From positions 32,001 through 96,000 of IMG/VR virus record IMGVR_UViG_3300034101_006325: a stretch of DNA of 64,000 bases; one strand, given 5' to 3'. The DNA comes from a virus (Duplodnaviria > Caudoviricetes). Position numbers and translations under genes: made by a program. Positions 1 to 9,246 of this stretch are shown here, in pieces. Each line of letters opens with the position of its first letter. Position 1 is the first letter of the stretch. The notes beneath the pieces were generated by a model. The model saw only the letters and a list, made by a program, of their open reading frames with translations, was not told the DNA's origin and made no database searches.

Positions 1-602
1 CAGTCATCAATAATTCCATTATAATAATGAATTTCTCGAGGATCATCGCACACAGCAAAATCGCTGTAATCGGGGTCAAGAACCAACTCAAAGTTAATTT
101 GTGTTTCCGACGACGACAAACCTTTTAGGACATTTACTAAAGATTGACCAACCTCTCGAGGACTAGAATTTTCGTACTCTTCAAGTTTACTCTTTACAAG
201 ATCAGTCAAGTCGTCCAAATTTAGCGCATCCCGTACAACTAACACATTAGGAGAATTTTGCAAGACATCAACTTCATTATTAAAGATATCATAAAGTCTG
301 GACAGGGATGTTGCGTCTTGGGCTTCGTCACCTCGTGAATTAAATCTTCGAAGAATCTCTTCCTTTGGAGGCAAAAGAACCACGACAAAGTTATTCAAAT
401 TGCTGACTTCTTTGGTCAAAGAAATACGATGATGTGACTCATCCCTACCGTAAAGCTTGGCGTAACACAGCATTGATAGACAAGATCTATCCTGAATATT
501 GTATTTAAAACCAGTCGAACGGTGTAAAGAAGAATAAAGTGAAGTTTTGCCGCTTAGATCAGAACCCTCAAGAATCAAGTAATTGACAGGAAGACTCATC
601 AT
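1..602 (-). CDS. dNMP/thymidylate-kinase-like P-loop kinase (3'-partial, runs off window start; absent from the ORF track)
   Basis: Manual translation from ATG 602 (overlaps the dnaE stop): MMSLPVNYLILEGSDLSGKTSLY...NIQDRSCLSMLCYAKLYGR...LLPPKEEILRRFNSRGDE; Tmk-type (I/L)EGxDxSGKT P-loop and DRxxxS motif; frame open to position 1. Confidence 0.8.
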   Translation of the reverse strand, partial: MMSLPVNYLILEGSDLSGKTSLYSSLHRSTGFKYNIQDRSCLSMLCYAKLYGRDESHHRISLTKEVSNLNNFVVVLLPPKEEILRRFNSRGDEAQDATSLSRLYDIFNNEVDVLQNSPNVLVVRDALNLDDLTDLVKSKLEEYENSSPREVGQSLVNVLKGLSSSETQINFELVLDPDYSDFAVCDDPREIHYYNGIIDD

Positions 603-3600
603 GCCACCTTTCTCAGCTTAAAAATTGATGTTGAAAATCCCCAACTAGGATCGTTCGATGCTTGACCTACCCAAAGTGTATAAGGATCAATAGATTCCGT
701 TGGATTACCCCAGATTCTAATCCAGCCTTGACGTGAATCATTGTCAATAGCCTTGCACCGATAGAATGCCTTTCCATTCTTTGTCTTTTTAAGGTTGACT
801 TCAGTCACGAGAAACCAACCTATACCGTCAGAACCAGGCTGTACATCGTGCAATGATTGGACACCTTTTTCAAGGAGTTTTTTCATAATGTCGGGAGGAA
901 ACAATAGATCGACGTCTGCTGTGGAAGTAAGATCATATGCCATGCTGATCTTTTCATCTCGCGTCCAATCTACAGTACTGGCTTGCTCCTCCAGCAACAC
1001 GTCAATTACTGGCAGCGGATCGATTCCTTCTTTTGCAAGCTTTTTTAGCTGAGCTGCAGTTAAACCATAGATTCCTTTTCGCAAGGTTTCATAATTTTTA
1101 TCTTCAGTCAAAGCCAACAATAATTGTCTGTGGTGTCTTACAGACCCTCCTTGAAAATCTTCAAGTGATTCCAGAGCTTCAATCTTGCAAAGTGCTGAAA
1201 GTGCAGTCTTATTGACCTTGCTGTGACGCCAATTTCCTTCTGCATCATAAAGCATTTCTTTGAGATTTTTGTAAGGTCTATTCTCCATAATTTCGTCGAC
1301 TGCAGTTGAACCAATACCCTTGGCTGAAGTAATAGGAGGAACAAATGCATCGGCTTTTTCAGAAAACTGCCATTCTTTACCTGAATAATTGATATCAATC
1401 TTGGAAAATTTGTATCCTAAAGACTTAATTTCACCAATTACCTTTGTCAGCTCTTTGGGATTTGAATTTGCCGACTGAAGAATCGTGGCAAGCCAGTCCT
1501 TCTCATAGTGAGTGTGGAGCCAGGCAGCATAGTAAGAGTCGATCGCATATGCGACGGAGTGTGACTTGTTGAAGCCATAGAGGGAGAAGAACTCGATCTT
1601 GTCGAACAGGGCATTGGTGATGTCCTCCGAGATTCCGTGGATCTCCTTTGCGCCCTTCACGAACTTCTCGCGGAGCATCGCCTTCTCGCCGCCCTTCTTG
1701 TCGAGGGTGTCGAGAGACTTCTTGACGAGAGTCTTGCGCATCTGATCTGACTCGCCAGGATTGAAGCCTGCAAGCTCAACGGCCAGGGACATGAACTGCT
1801 CCTGGAAAGTGATGAACCCGCGAGTCGGTCCGAGGACCTTCTCGATCAGCGGATGGTCGTATTTAATCTTGGTCAGGTCCTTGCCGGCGTCGACGTACAT
1901 GTTGTGGACGTTCGCTTTGAGGGGGCCAGGGCGATAGATCGCCGTGATTGCTGACAGGTCTTCGATGCAGTTTGGTTGAGACTGCATGCAGAACTTTCGA
2001 GCTCCCTGAGCAGTGAACTGAAACACTCCGACGAATCGTCCCTCATGGTAGACATGTTTCCAAACCTCGGGGTCGTCCTGCTTCACGTAGCGACAGTTGA
2101 GGTGCTTGTCGAAGAACGCCTTCACGTTGAGGAAGGTGGGATCAGGGTTTCCCTGGTTGACGAGGATCCGACGGATGCAGTTCTCCACGTCCTTGAGGAG
2201 CGTGAGTCCGAGGAAGTCGAACTTGAGGAAGCCGTTGTCCTCCAGGTTGCGGAAGTTCATGCCTTCCGTCCACGGGGTCTGCAGTTCGCCTCGGACGCCG
2301 ATGATGGGCATCGTGGCTGCAAGGTCGTCCGGATCTGCCACGATGACGCCGCCGGCGTGTCGACCGACGGATCGGTTCTGCATAAAGAGCGTCTCGACGT
2401 GTGCCGCGACGTCTGGGTACTTCTCCATGAATGCCTTGTACTTCGGAGAGTACTTCATGCAGTCCTCGTGCTTCAGGACGAAGACGGACTTCTCCTGATC
2501 GTCGTCGCGGGCGAGCGGCATCACCTCGTCCTGAAGCGGACCCGTCATCTCGTTCACCTCCTCGAAGGGCACGCCGTAGATCTTGGCGATGTCCTTGACG
2601 AGGGACTTGAGCTTCAAGGTGTTGAAGTTCGACACCGGGATCACAGCGTCGTCGCCGAACAGCTCGCGTGCCGAGTCGATCAGGGCATCGCGGTCGCCTG
2701 CGTCGGAGTCGATGTCGGGCCACGACACGCGATGGCGGCCTAGGAAACGGCTCCACAGGAGACCGTAAGGCAGGGGATCGATCTGAGTGATGCCGAGGAG
2801 GTAGTTGACGAGTGAACCTGCGCCTGAACCACGGCCGGGGCCGAACAGGGTCCGAGTCTCCGCCTTCTTGAAGATCTTGTACATCGTCACGAAGTAGGAA
2901 GCGTGACCGAGGTACTTGATGTCGGACAGCTCCTCCTTCACGCGGGCGACGTATTCTGGTTTGTCAGACAGGCCTTCACGAATCAGGGCCTCCTTGACGA
3001 GCTCAGTGAGCTGCTGGAATGTTGTCTTGCCTGGCATGTCCAGCTTCGGTAGCTTTGCTTTAACATCGACCCATGTATCCTCACAATGTTGCCATGCGAT
3101 ATCATGGGTCCTCTCGATGGCGTCTCGGACCTCCTCCTCGGAGCCTCGATAGAACTCGTACTGCTCGTAGGACTTCTTGTACTCGTCCCACATCTGGGAT
3201 GCATTCTTCGGATACAGCTCGCACTTAAGATCTTCGAACTTTGGAAGTGCCTGTTCGTCGAGCTTAGCACCCATCCATCCAAGCTTCTTGTAGAGCTCAC
3301 GGGCCTGCCACTTCGACGGGTCGGGATAGTGGGAATCGCAGGTGGCGAGCAGCTTGACGCCGGACTTTCGAGACAGGTCGATGAGGTACCTGTTGACCGT
3401 GTGCTGCTTCGGCAGCTTGTTGAACTGGATCTCGAGGAAGAAGTTCTCGGTCCCCACCGCATCCGTGAACCTGTCCGTGAGGTTCATCAGCTCGGAGATG
3501 ATCTGCTCCGAGTTCTTGCCGTAGGCCTCGCCGCGGAGGATCGTGCCGCTGTAGATTCCACCAAGGCAGGCCGTGGACCACACGATCCCCTTGCCGTACT

Positions 3601-4215
3601 TCCGGAGGAGGTCGAAGTCGATGCGTGGATAGCGGTAGAAACCGTCCTTGAACGACGCCTTCACGAGGCGATTGATGTTCGCGAGACCTTCGGCGGTCTG
3701 CGCCACCGCCACGAGGTGGTAGCGACGCTGCCAGTCGGGCTTCTCCTTGTAGTCGTCTGCCTTCGTCTCGTTCTCGTCCTCGACGACGTGTCCGCCGGCC
3801 TCTTCCTCCTCCACCTCGTCAGCGTCGACGTCGGTCCGGACCTTCGCCTTCTTCTCGGCCTCCGCAGCGGTCTTCGCGTCCTTGATCGCCTGCTTGTGTG
3901 CCTCGTAGTCGATCTTCCACTGTGTCAGCGAAGGAACGAAGTAGAACTCCACACCGTAGAGCTGCCGGTACTTCACGCCCTTCTTCTGCAGCTTCTTTGC
4001 TGCGGAATGAGCGTGTGCGAGGCCGTTGCCGTTGCCGTGGTCGGTCAGGGCCCACGCGTCCATCCCCTGTGATTCGGAGACAATCCACTTTATATGATCC
4101 TCGGGATAGCCAAGTCCGTCAAAAGTTGAGAAACCCGAAAAGCCGCCCCTGAACAAGCCAGGGGCGGCACCTACGAATGCGCGTGGAAACCGACGAATTT
4201 CTTCGGCGGCGTCAC
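599..4215 (-). CDS. dnaE: DNA polymerase III alpha subunit (family C, DnaE-type) with PHP domain; N-terminus discontinuous (see 4136-4176)
   Basis: Motifs TDHG, GVEFY, STACLGG, TCDSHY, GPGRGSGAGSLV, PDIDSD, GRHAGGV, KFDFLGL, YGFNKSHSVAY. Track ORF starts at TTG 4156 and lacks the first PHP motif, which is encoded upstream as GTG4215-MTPPKKFVGFHAHS after an AAGGAG RBS. Confidence 0.95.
4136..4176 (-). other. candidate translational-bypass (coding gap) element in dnaE
   Basis: TCG(4176-4174)-TAG-GT-GCCGCCCCTG-GCTTGTT-CAGGGGCGGC-TTT-TCG(4138-4136); skipping 38 nt restores HAHS-GFSTFDG. Confidence 0.75.
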
Positions 4216-4254
4216 ATCGCGCATCTCCTTAAAAGTGTTAGATGACATGATAAC

Positions 4255-4283
4255 AATCTAACACGCGAAATCTGTCGTTTACA
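4255..4283 (-). promoter_or_regulatory. sigma70-like promoter of dnaE
   Basis: TGTAAA-N17-TAGATT on minus strand; near-identical TGTAAA-N16-TAGACT upstream of the epimerase. Confidence 0.5.
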
Positions 4284-4304
4284 CACGGGAAGCAAATGCA
4301 GTTC

Positions 4305-4330
4305 GAGGCGAAACCCGAAGGAATCGCCTC
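4305..4330 (-). terminator. stable hairpin with cUUCGg tetraloop after the 83-aa gene
   Basis: GAGGCGA-TT-CC-TTCG-GG-TT-TCGCCTC on minus strand; no clear U-tract. Confidence 0.5.
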
Positions 4331-4355
4331 AATTGCGTTTCTTTGAGGCTCTTTC

Positions 4356-4607
4356 TCAGATGTCCGTGACGGTGCCGTCTTCGTCGAGCTTGAGACCGAC
4401 ATCAAAGAGCTGCTGATCAGTGATCGCGCCTGGATACACCGCGAGTGCAGACTCGAGATCCTCAATAGAGACATAGCCTCCCTCCAAGTAGATCTCATCG
4501 AATGCGTCACGGAGCTCGAGGTTGCTTACGGATTCACGTGTCTCTCGGATTACTTTTCGTGCTTCTTCCTTGATGATGGAACGCAACTGCTTTACTGTGA
4601 TCTTCAT
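4356..4607 (-). CDS. small protein with MKITxxQLxxIIKEE leader (putative head/internal protein)
   Basis: MKITVKQLRSIIKEE N-terminus shared with other ORFs; AAGGAG RBS; ATAATTA upstream. Confidence 0.7.
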   Translation of the reverse strand: MKITVKQLRSIIKEEARKVIRETRESVSNLELRDAFDEIYLEGGYVSIEDLESALAVYPGAITDQQLFDVGLKLDEDGTVTDI

Positions 4608-4643
4608 GTCTGACGCGTCTCCTTGCTTACGTAGCGCTACTGT

Positions 4644-5648
4644 CTAATTATTAGGACATTTTGGAAAGTGCTGCAAGAGGTCAAACTTATGCTCGGCCGC
4701 CTCGTCGAGGTACTTTAGCGGATTATAGTCGGAAGAATTGCGGATCCATTCCAGCGTCCGCTGAATACCGTCGAGCAAATCAAGTGTTGGTTTCCAACCA
4801 AGCTTTTCTCGAATTTTTCTGGATGACAACCGGTGGTTTCCGAGATAGTCTGTTGTCGGGTGCCACCTCACGAGATCAGATGCCGATGCACCGACAACAT
4901 CGTCTATAATCTTCATCACTTCTCCTGCAGGCACTGGTGTCTCCGCGGAGACGTTCCAGTCTGTCCCCCAACCGGGCCCGGAGACGTCGCGGCATACTAG
5001 CTCAACAGCCCTGCAAAAATCCTCCACATGGAGGTAGTCCTTTACCTTCGTCGGATCCAGAAACATATCCACGGATTTCTTTCCGTTGAGGTAAGCATAA
5101 ATCGACTTCGCGATGAGCGAATTCATATCACCGAGGCCACCAAACGCGAATAGCGGTCGAACGATAGTCCACCTATCTGCCATTGCTGTGACAATCTGTT
5201 CTGCGGCGAGCTTCTGGACGCCATAATAAGTCCGAGGAATCTTTGTTGAATTTTCTACAATCTGTTCGTCTTGATAACTCTTCGTATCATAGATGACAGT
5301 TGTTCCTAGATAGCAAACTGCAGCCTTTGCTCGATTGGCAGCACGAACAATGTTGTATGTGCCTTGGACGTTGGATAGTGTCGCCTCTGCAGGATCAAGG
5401 GCAACCACGTCTGTTCCGACCACAGCAGCATTGTGAACGACGACGTCGACATCATTGTCGTAAAGCGCTTTATGCCAAGTTTCCTCCGAATTCCTGTGGA
5501 TGCATGCCTCCCCGGTGCGTGGAAACTTGACGTAATCTATTCCCTCGAACAGATCCTTGTCGGTCACGACTTCCTGTGAAAGAGATTCTAGAACGACCTT
5601 GAGATTACGAGCGATCAGGCCCTGTGGTCCGGTGATATAGTACTTCAT
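4644..5648 (-). CDS. NAD-dependent NDP-sugar epimerase/dehydratase (extended SDR)
   Basis: ITGPQGLIA Rossmann motif, VVHNAA, YYGVQK (YxxxK), IVRP, DYLHVEDF, WKPTLDLLDGI. Confidence 0.9.
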   Translation of the reverse strand: MKYYITGPQGLIARNLKVVLESLSQEVVTDKDLFEGIDYVKFPRTGEACIHRNSEETWHKALYDNDVDVVVHNAAVVGTDVVALDPAEATLSNVQGTYNIVRAANRAKAAVCYLGTTVIYDTKSYQDEQIVENSTKIPRTYYGVQKLAAEQIVTAMADRWTIVRPLFAFGGLGDMNSLIAKSIYAYLNGKKSVDMFLDPTKVKDYLHVEDFCRAVELVCRDVSGPGWGTDWNVSAETPVPAGEVMKIIDDVVGASASDLVRWHPTTDYLGNHRLSSRKIREKLGWKPTLDLLDGIQRTLEWIRNSSDYNPLKYLDEAAEHKFDLLQHFPKCPNN

Positions 5649-5657
5649 CGTTGTCTC

Positions 5658-5685
5658 AGTCTAAAACAAAATATCAGACTTTACA
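5658..5685 (-). promoter_or_regulatory. sigma70-like promoter of the epimerase
   Basis: TGTAAA-N16-TAGACT, 9 nt before the ATG. Confidence 0.45.
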
Positions 5686-5734
5686 CGTCGACAATATAAT
5701 GACGCAATATTTCTGAGCCTTCCATGCTAAATAC

Positions 5735-5759
5735 AAAAAAGGAAGCATTGCTGCTTCCT
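5735..5759 (-). terminator. Rho-independent terminator after the NDT gene
   Basis: AGGAAGCA-GCAA-TGCTTCCT followed by a T-tract on minus strand. Confidence 0.8.
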
Positions 5760-5784
5760 CTCATTGTTTAATTGGCGATATTGT

Positions 5785-6258
5785 TCACTCAATTTCCTTG
5801 TCGTAAGGCTCATACAACAGCTCACCAGCAGTCTTACAGCGCTCGAGGTAATCCTCCAACTGATCAAATGATGTGCAGACCTTGATGCCGCTGCGACTGA
5901 GCATCAAATTAAACTTTGCACCAGAAGGGAGATTTTCGCAGAAATAAACGATCTTGGTGCCGTATGCATATGATGCACCGGCCTCCCAGATGGTACCAAT
6001 GTCGCGGTATGTCGTGTTGACGAGGCAGAAATCAGCCTTCTTGATGTGATCAACATTGCCCTTGAACACATTGTCCTGTACCTCCTGCGTTGCATCTGGT
6101 GGACAGACGAAGATTCGACGGGGGGACGCAAGGTTTATCCAGGCAGAGCGATCGTCAAAGACCTTTTCCAACTTTGTGAGTTGCTTGTCCTGATCTGGAG
6201 AAAACCAACCTGATGCCAAATATACGTGAAGCTTACGACCAAAATTATTAGCGCTCAT
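5785..6258 (-). CDS. nucleoside 2-deoxyribosyltransferase / nucleotide N-glycosidase (NDT/Rcl/MilB superfamily)
   Basis: VYLASGWFS, HIKKADF, DIGTIWEAG (catalytic Glu motif). Confidence 0.85.
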   Translation of the reverse strand: MSANNFGRKLHVYLASGWFSPDQDKQLTKLEKVFDDRSAWINLASPRRIFVCPPDATQEVQDNVFKGNVDHIKKADFCLVNTTYRDIGTIWEAGASYAYGTKIVYFCENLPSGAKFNLMLSRSGIKVCTSFDQLEDYLERCKTAGELLYEPYDKEIE

Positions 6259-6267
6259 ATGTTCCTT

Positions 6268-6849
6268 TCAAAAATTAGTATGATAGTTTATATTCAAATA
6301 CTGGGCGTCGAGAGCAACATCGCTGACAAGAGATTTTGGTCCTGCGACGAAGACTTCCGTGCTGCTCTGACCATTGTACAGGTAGCGGAGAAGTTGTTTA
6401 GGGCGTGAGCAATTTTTTGTGTTTACAAAATAAGCTCGTGCAAATTGTGGATAAAAATTGCTGAGGGCTAGAGGATCAAGTCCACGCGAACAGATGCCGA
6501 TCATAGGATTTATTCCTCTGCTGAAGAGTTGATTGATCAAAAGTGCGACTGCTCCAACGCCAGTGCCACCAGCAATCACGATGGCTGATGAAGATGATGC
6601 TGTTGGAAAACCTTTGCCGGAAGGAAATTCAACCTTGTCGATCTCCTCGCGAAAGAGGAAGGAGCTAGATTTGACGATGAATGTCAGCGTGGAATCGGTA
6701 AAATCGGCGATCGCAACCCACCTGCCGTTGACGACTGCACAGGATCCTGGAATAATGTGCTGTGTTAGCCCAGGATGGGTCAGGACGACTTTCTGATAAT
6801 CTCCACCAAGGTTTGTATTCTCGATTATTTGAAAATTATCCTGACCCAT
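6268..6849 (-). CDS. ferredoxin-NADP reductase-like FAD/NAD(P)-binding protein (PyrK-like)
   Basis: FPSGKGF, IVIAGGTGVGAV, VFVAGP motifs; lacks a C-terminal Fe-S domain. Confidence 0.65.
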   Translation of the reverse strand: MGQDNFQIIENTNLGGDYQKVVLTHPGLTQHIIPGSCAVVNGRWVAIADFTDSTLTFIVKSSSFLFREEIDKVEFPSGKGFPTASSSSAIVIAGGTGVGAVALLINQLFSRGINPMIGICSRGLDPLALSNFYPQFARAYFVNTKNCSRPKQLLRYLYNGQSSTEVFVAGPKSLVSDVALDAQYLNINYHTNF

Positions 6850-6856
6850 TGCCGTG

Positions 6857-7840
6857 TCACTTTCCGTTCTTCCAGTCGTCGTGGCGCGACTTTAGTGTGG
6901 ACCAGTCGGTCATGTCCTTGTTCCACAGCTCAGTAAAGCGTTTTTGTTGACCGGAGCCATGGGTGCCATTCAGTTCCTCACGCGTTGATTGGTAGATCGT
7001 ATCATTTGGATGAAACTCAAAGATATCGTTCTTCTTGATCGGCCAATAGAGATTGGTTCCCCTCGACACAAACTTGTCGCCTTCCTTGACCCTGAAGGTC
7101 TTGACATAGTGCATGTCAGGCTTGTTGAAGTCGATGACAGAAGTAAATTCTGGCATCACCTTGGCGACTTCCACTGCCATTCGAGAGGCGAGGAGATTGT
7201 CGGCGGCAGGCTGAATCTGTGTGTCCATGCGTTGGTAGATGAATCCAATCAGATCCTTTAGTGATAGACGCATGTAATAGAACGAAGTCATGCACTTTGG
7301 CAGGATCATCCTCGCATCCATCATTGATACGACCTTGGAATCTGTCATGTCGGCGTAGAGCTGCTTTGATTCCTCAACAAGCTTAGTCCATCGTGCGAGA
7401 AACTCGGGTGAGTTCTGGACGGGCTCCGGGATTACAGCATCGTCGTCGCGGAGGTCGCGGTCTCCAGTGCACTGTGCTGCGAAAGTGCCAGCGCGGTGGC
7501 GGATGATGTGTGTCACCTCCTGGAAGGAGAGACCGCTGAGGCGGAACGTGAAGCCGAGACACTCCATCGGTGCAGGAAGAGTACGTCCTCCGAACACGTC
7601 CTCGAGGTTCTTGGAAAGTTCACGCTCAGTTACACCTCGTGTAGGATCAATATCCGGGCGATCGGCCCATGTGGCCTTGACATAGTGCCATGCAACATTC
7701 CAGGCCTGTTGTCGCGTGGGGTGGTCGACGAGTTCCACCTTGAGTGCGTCGAGGTTGTTGTGGAATTGTGTCTTTGGCTTGCGGCCAAACTTGAGTTCCA
7801 TGGGAAGATCTACGGGCTGAAGGTCACGATTAATAGGCAT
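6857..7840 (-). CDS. divergent ThyX-family flavoprotein
   Basis: ECLGFTFRLSGLS, HIIRHRAGTFAAQCTGDR (altered RHRx7S signature), DARMILP. Confidence 0.8.
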   Translation of the reverse strand: MPINRDLQPVDLPMELKFGRKPKTQFHNNLDALKVELVDHPTRQQAWNVAWHYVKATWADRPDIDPTRGVTERELSKNLEDVFGGRTLPAPMECLGFTFRLSGLSFQEVTHIIRHRAGTFAAQCTGDRDLRDDDAVIPEPVQNSPEFLARWTKLVEESKQLYADMTDSKVVSMMDARMILPKCMTSFYYMRLSLKDLIGFIYQRMDTQIQPAADNLLASRMAVEVAKVMPEFTSVIDFNKPDMHYVKTFRVKEGDKFVSRGTNLYWPIKKNDIFEFHPNDTIYQSTREELNGTHGSGQQKRFTELWNKDMTDWSTLKSRHDDWKNGK

Positions 7841-7862
7841 TTGTTACTCCTTGAGATTGTGT

Positions 7863-7891
7863 ATTATACGCGCTAATTTGAAACATTTCAC
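7863..7891 (-). promoter_or_regulatory. sigma70-like promoter of the ThyX-like gene
   Basis: GTGAAA-N17-TATAAT, then AAGGAG RBS. Confidence 0.55.
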
Positions 7892-8850
7892 TGCAAAGAT
7901 TCAAGTATGATATTTGCGGCATCGAAGGGATCCGAGCCTTCCGAGACGTAGGTTATATTCTTGAGAGAAGACACCTCTGTGTTGTATGTCTTCTGGGGTA
8001 CGACAACTTGGACACCATGCTTTGCATATTCTGCAGAATGTTTGGCCGAGTCGTCAACGGCAAAAAACTTTCCCGTCGAATAGAATTTTTGGTCCGCCAC
8101 CCAAGCAAATTTTTCAGGTGCAAAAGTTATTGCATCTGCAGGTATGTTGTGCCTGTAGAGCCACGAGTATGTGTCGTAGAAACATGTAAGATTTTTTTCA
8201 GGTCGTGCCGTGATTATCTGGATCCAGCAGCCTTTGTCTTTCAGTTTCCTCAGCGTCTCACAATATCGATGATTGGGATGAAGCCCCAAAAAACCATGCT
8301 TGTCAATAAAAGTTCTAAAATAATACTCATTGCTCAAGCCGTGCTTTTTAAACGTCGTAACGTTATAATATTCGGGACAATGAGGATCGATGAAAATTCC
8401 GCTATCTTTTGTGACAAACTCGCAGAAAGACGATCTAAACTCCGCCAAGACATCGTCCATGTCGAAAAGAACAACAGGCTCACCATTCCACTTTCTTTGT
8501 GAGAGCGTGTGTCTATAGTGCAGAAATTCATCCTTCTGCTTCAAGGCGTTCACAAATTGATCACCATCAATTGAGCACAAATTTAAAATTGCAAGAATAT
8601 AACGATATGCATCTACAGATTTATAGAGGACTTTTTGAGAGTCAATTGAATCGGGCAGAAGCCGATGATTCTTGTAATTTGCGCCTTCGACGATCCCCGT
8701 CGCTTCAGAATGTAAAGACAAAACAAAGGTCTTGAGCAATTCCTGCTTCTGACTCAGGGTGAGCTGTTTTTCATCAAAAAACAGAGATGAAAAATCTGCT
8801 TGACGCGACAAGGCATCAAGCAGATTTCCCCAATCAATTTGTGAATTCAT
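7888..8850 (-). CDS. degenerate MazG-like domain fused to HAD-family 5'(3')-deoxyribonucleotidase
   Basis: C-terminal VLFDMDDVLAEF (DxD), IITARP, FAVDDS; N-terminal helical domain resembling the adjacent MazG-like ORF. Confidence 0.75.
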   Translation of the reverse strand: MNSQIDWGNLLDALSRQADFSSLFFDEKQLTLSQKQELLKTFVLSLHSEATGIVEGANYKNHRLLPDSIDSQKVLYKSVDAYRYILAILNLCSIDGDQFVNALKQKDEFLHYRHTLSQRKWNGEPVVLFDMDDVLAEFRSSFCEFVTKDSGIFIDPHCPEYYNVTTFKKHGLSNEYYFRTFIDKHGFLGLHPNHRYCETLRKLKDKGCWIQIITARPEKNLTCFYDTYSWLYRHNIPADAITFAPEKFAWVADQKFYSTGKFFAVDDSAKHSAEYAKHGVQVVVPQKTYNTEVSSLKNITYVSEGSDPFDAANIILESLQ

Positions 8851-8866
8851 GTATGCATTCTATGTC

Positions 8867-9232
8867 TTAATAGCCTGATTTTACACGCCGGACATTTACT
8901 TCGCCTTTTTTCATGAAGGCTTCGTACAATTCTTCCACAGATATTCCACTATAAATGACGATGCCAAAGAAATAATGCAGGGCATCCACAAGCTCTTCTT
9001 TGTAAGATTCACGATCAAAATCTTTGACCTCAGTTACTCGATGTGCTTTGCTGTTCTTTAGAAGATGATTTGCTTCAAAAAGTTCATGCATGCATTCATG
9101 TGCAAGACCTTTGAGCATTTGTTGATTTTTCTTTTCTCTAAGGTCAAGAGGAAAGTCTGGCATTTGACGTTCATCTCGCAAGAGTACATTGAAGTCTCTT
9201 TGCTGATTGTACATTTTTTCTAGCTTGTCCAT
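8867..9232 (-). CDS. MazG-like / dimeric dNTP pyrophosphatase
   Basis: HECMHELFEA...EELVDALHY acidic metal-binding pattern; start placed at MDKLEK (RBS AAGGA). Confidence 0.8.
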   Translation of the reverse strand: MDKLEKMYNQQRDFNVLLRDERQMPDFPLDLREKKNQQMLKGLAHECMHELFEANHLLKNSKAHRVTEVKDFDRESYKEELVDALHYFFGIVIYSGISVEELYEAFMKKGEVNVRRVKSGY

Positions 9233-9246
9233 TGTTGTTTCCTTAA

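Noticed and set aside
1976-4072. Long antisense or alternate-frame ORFs over dnaE (e.g. 3086-4072, 1976-2743) and similar ones in other GC-rich blocks
   Set aside because: Expected by-product of C/G-ending codon bias; no motifs or RBS.
4090-4173. TAG reassignment/readthrough as the explanation for the dnaE break
   Set aside because: Reading through the TAG stays out of frame and hits TAA at 4092-4090; other genes (e.g. the epimerase) end normally at TAG.
4136-4173. Self-splicing intron or intein in dnaE
   Set aside because: 38 nt is far too short for group I/II introns, and an out-of-frame insert cannot be an intein; protein-assisted excision remains formally open.
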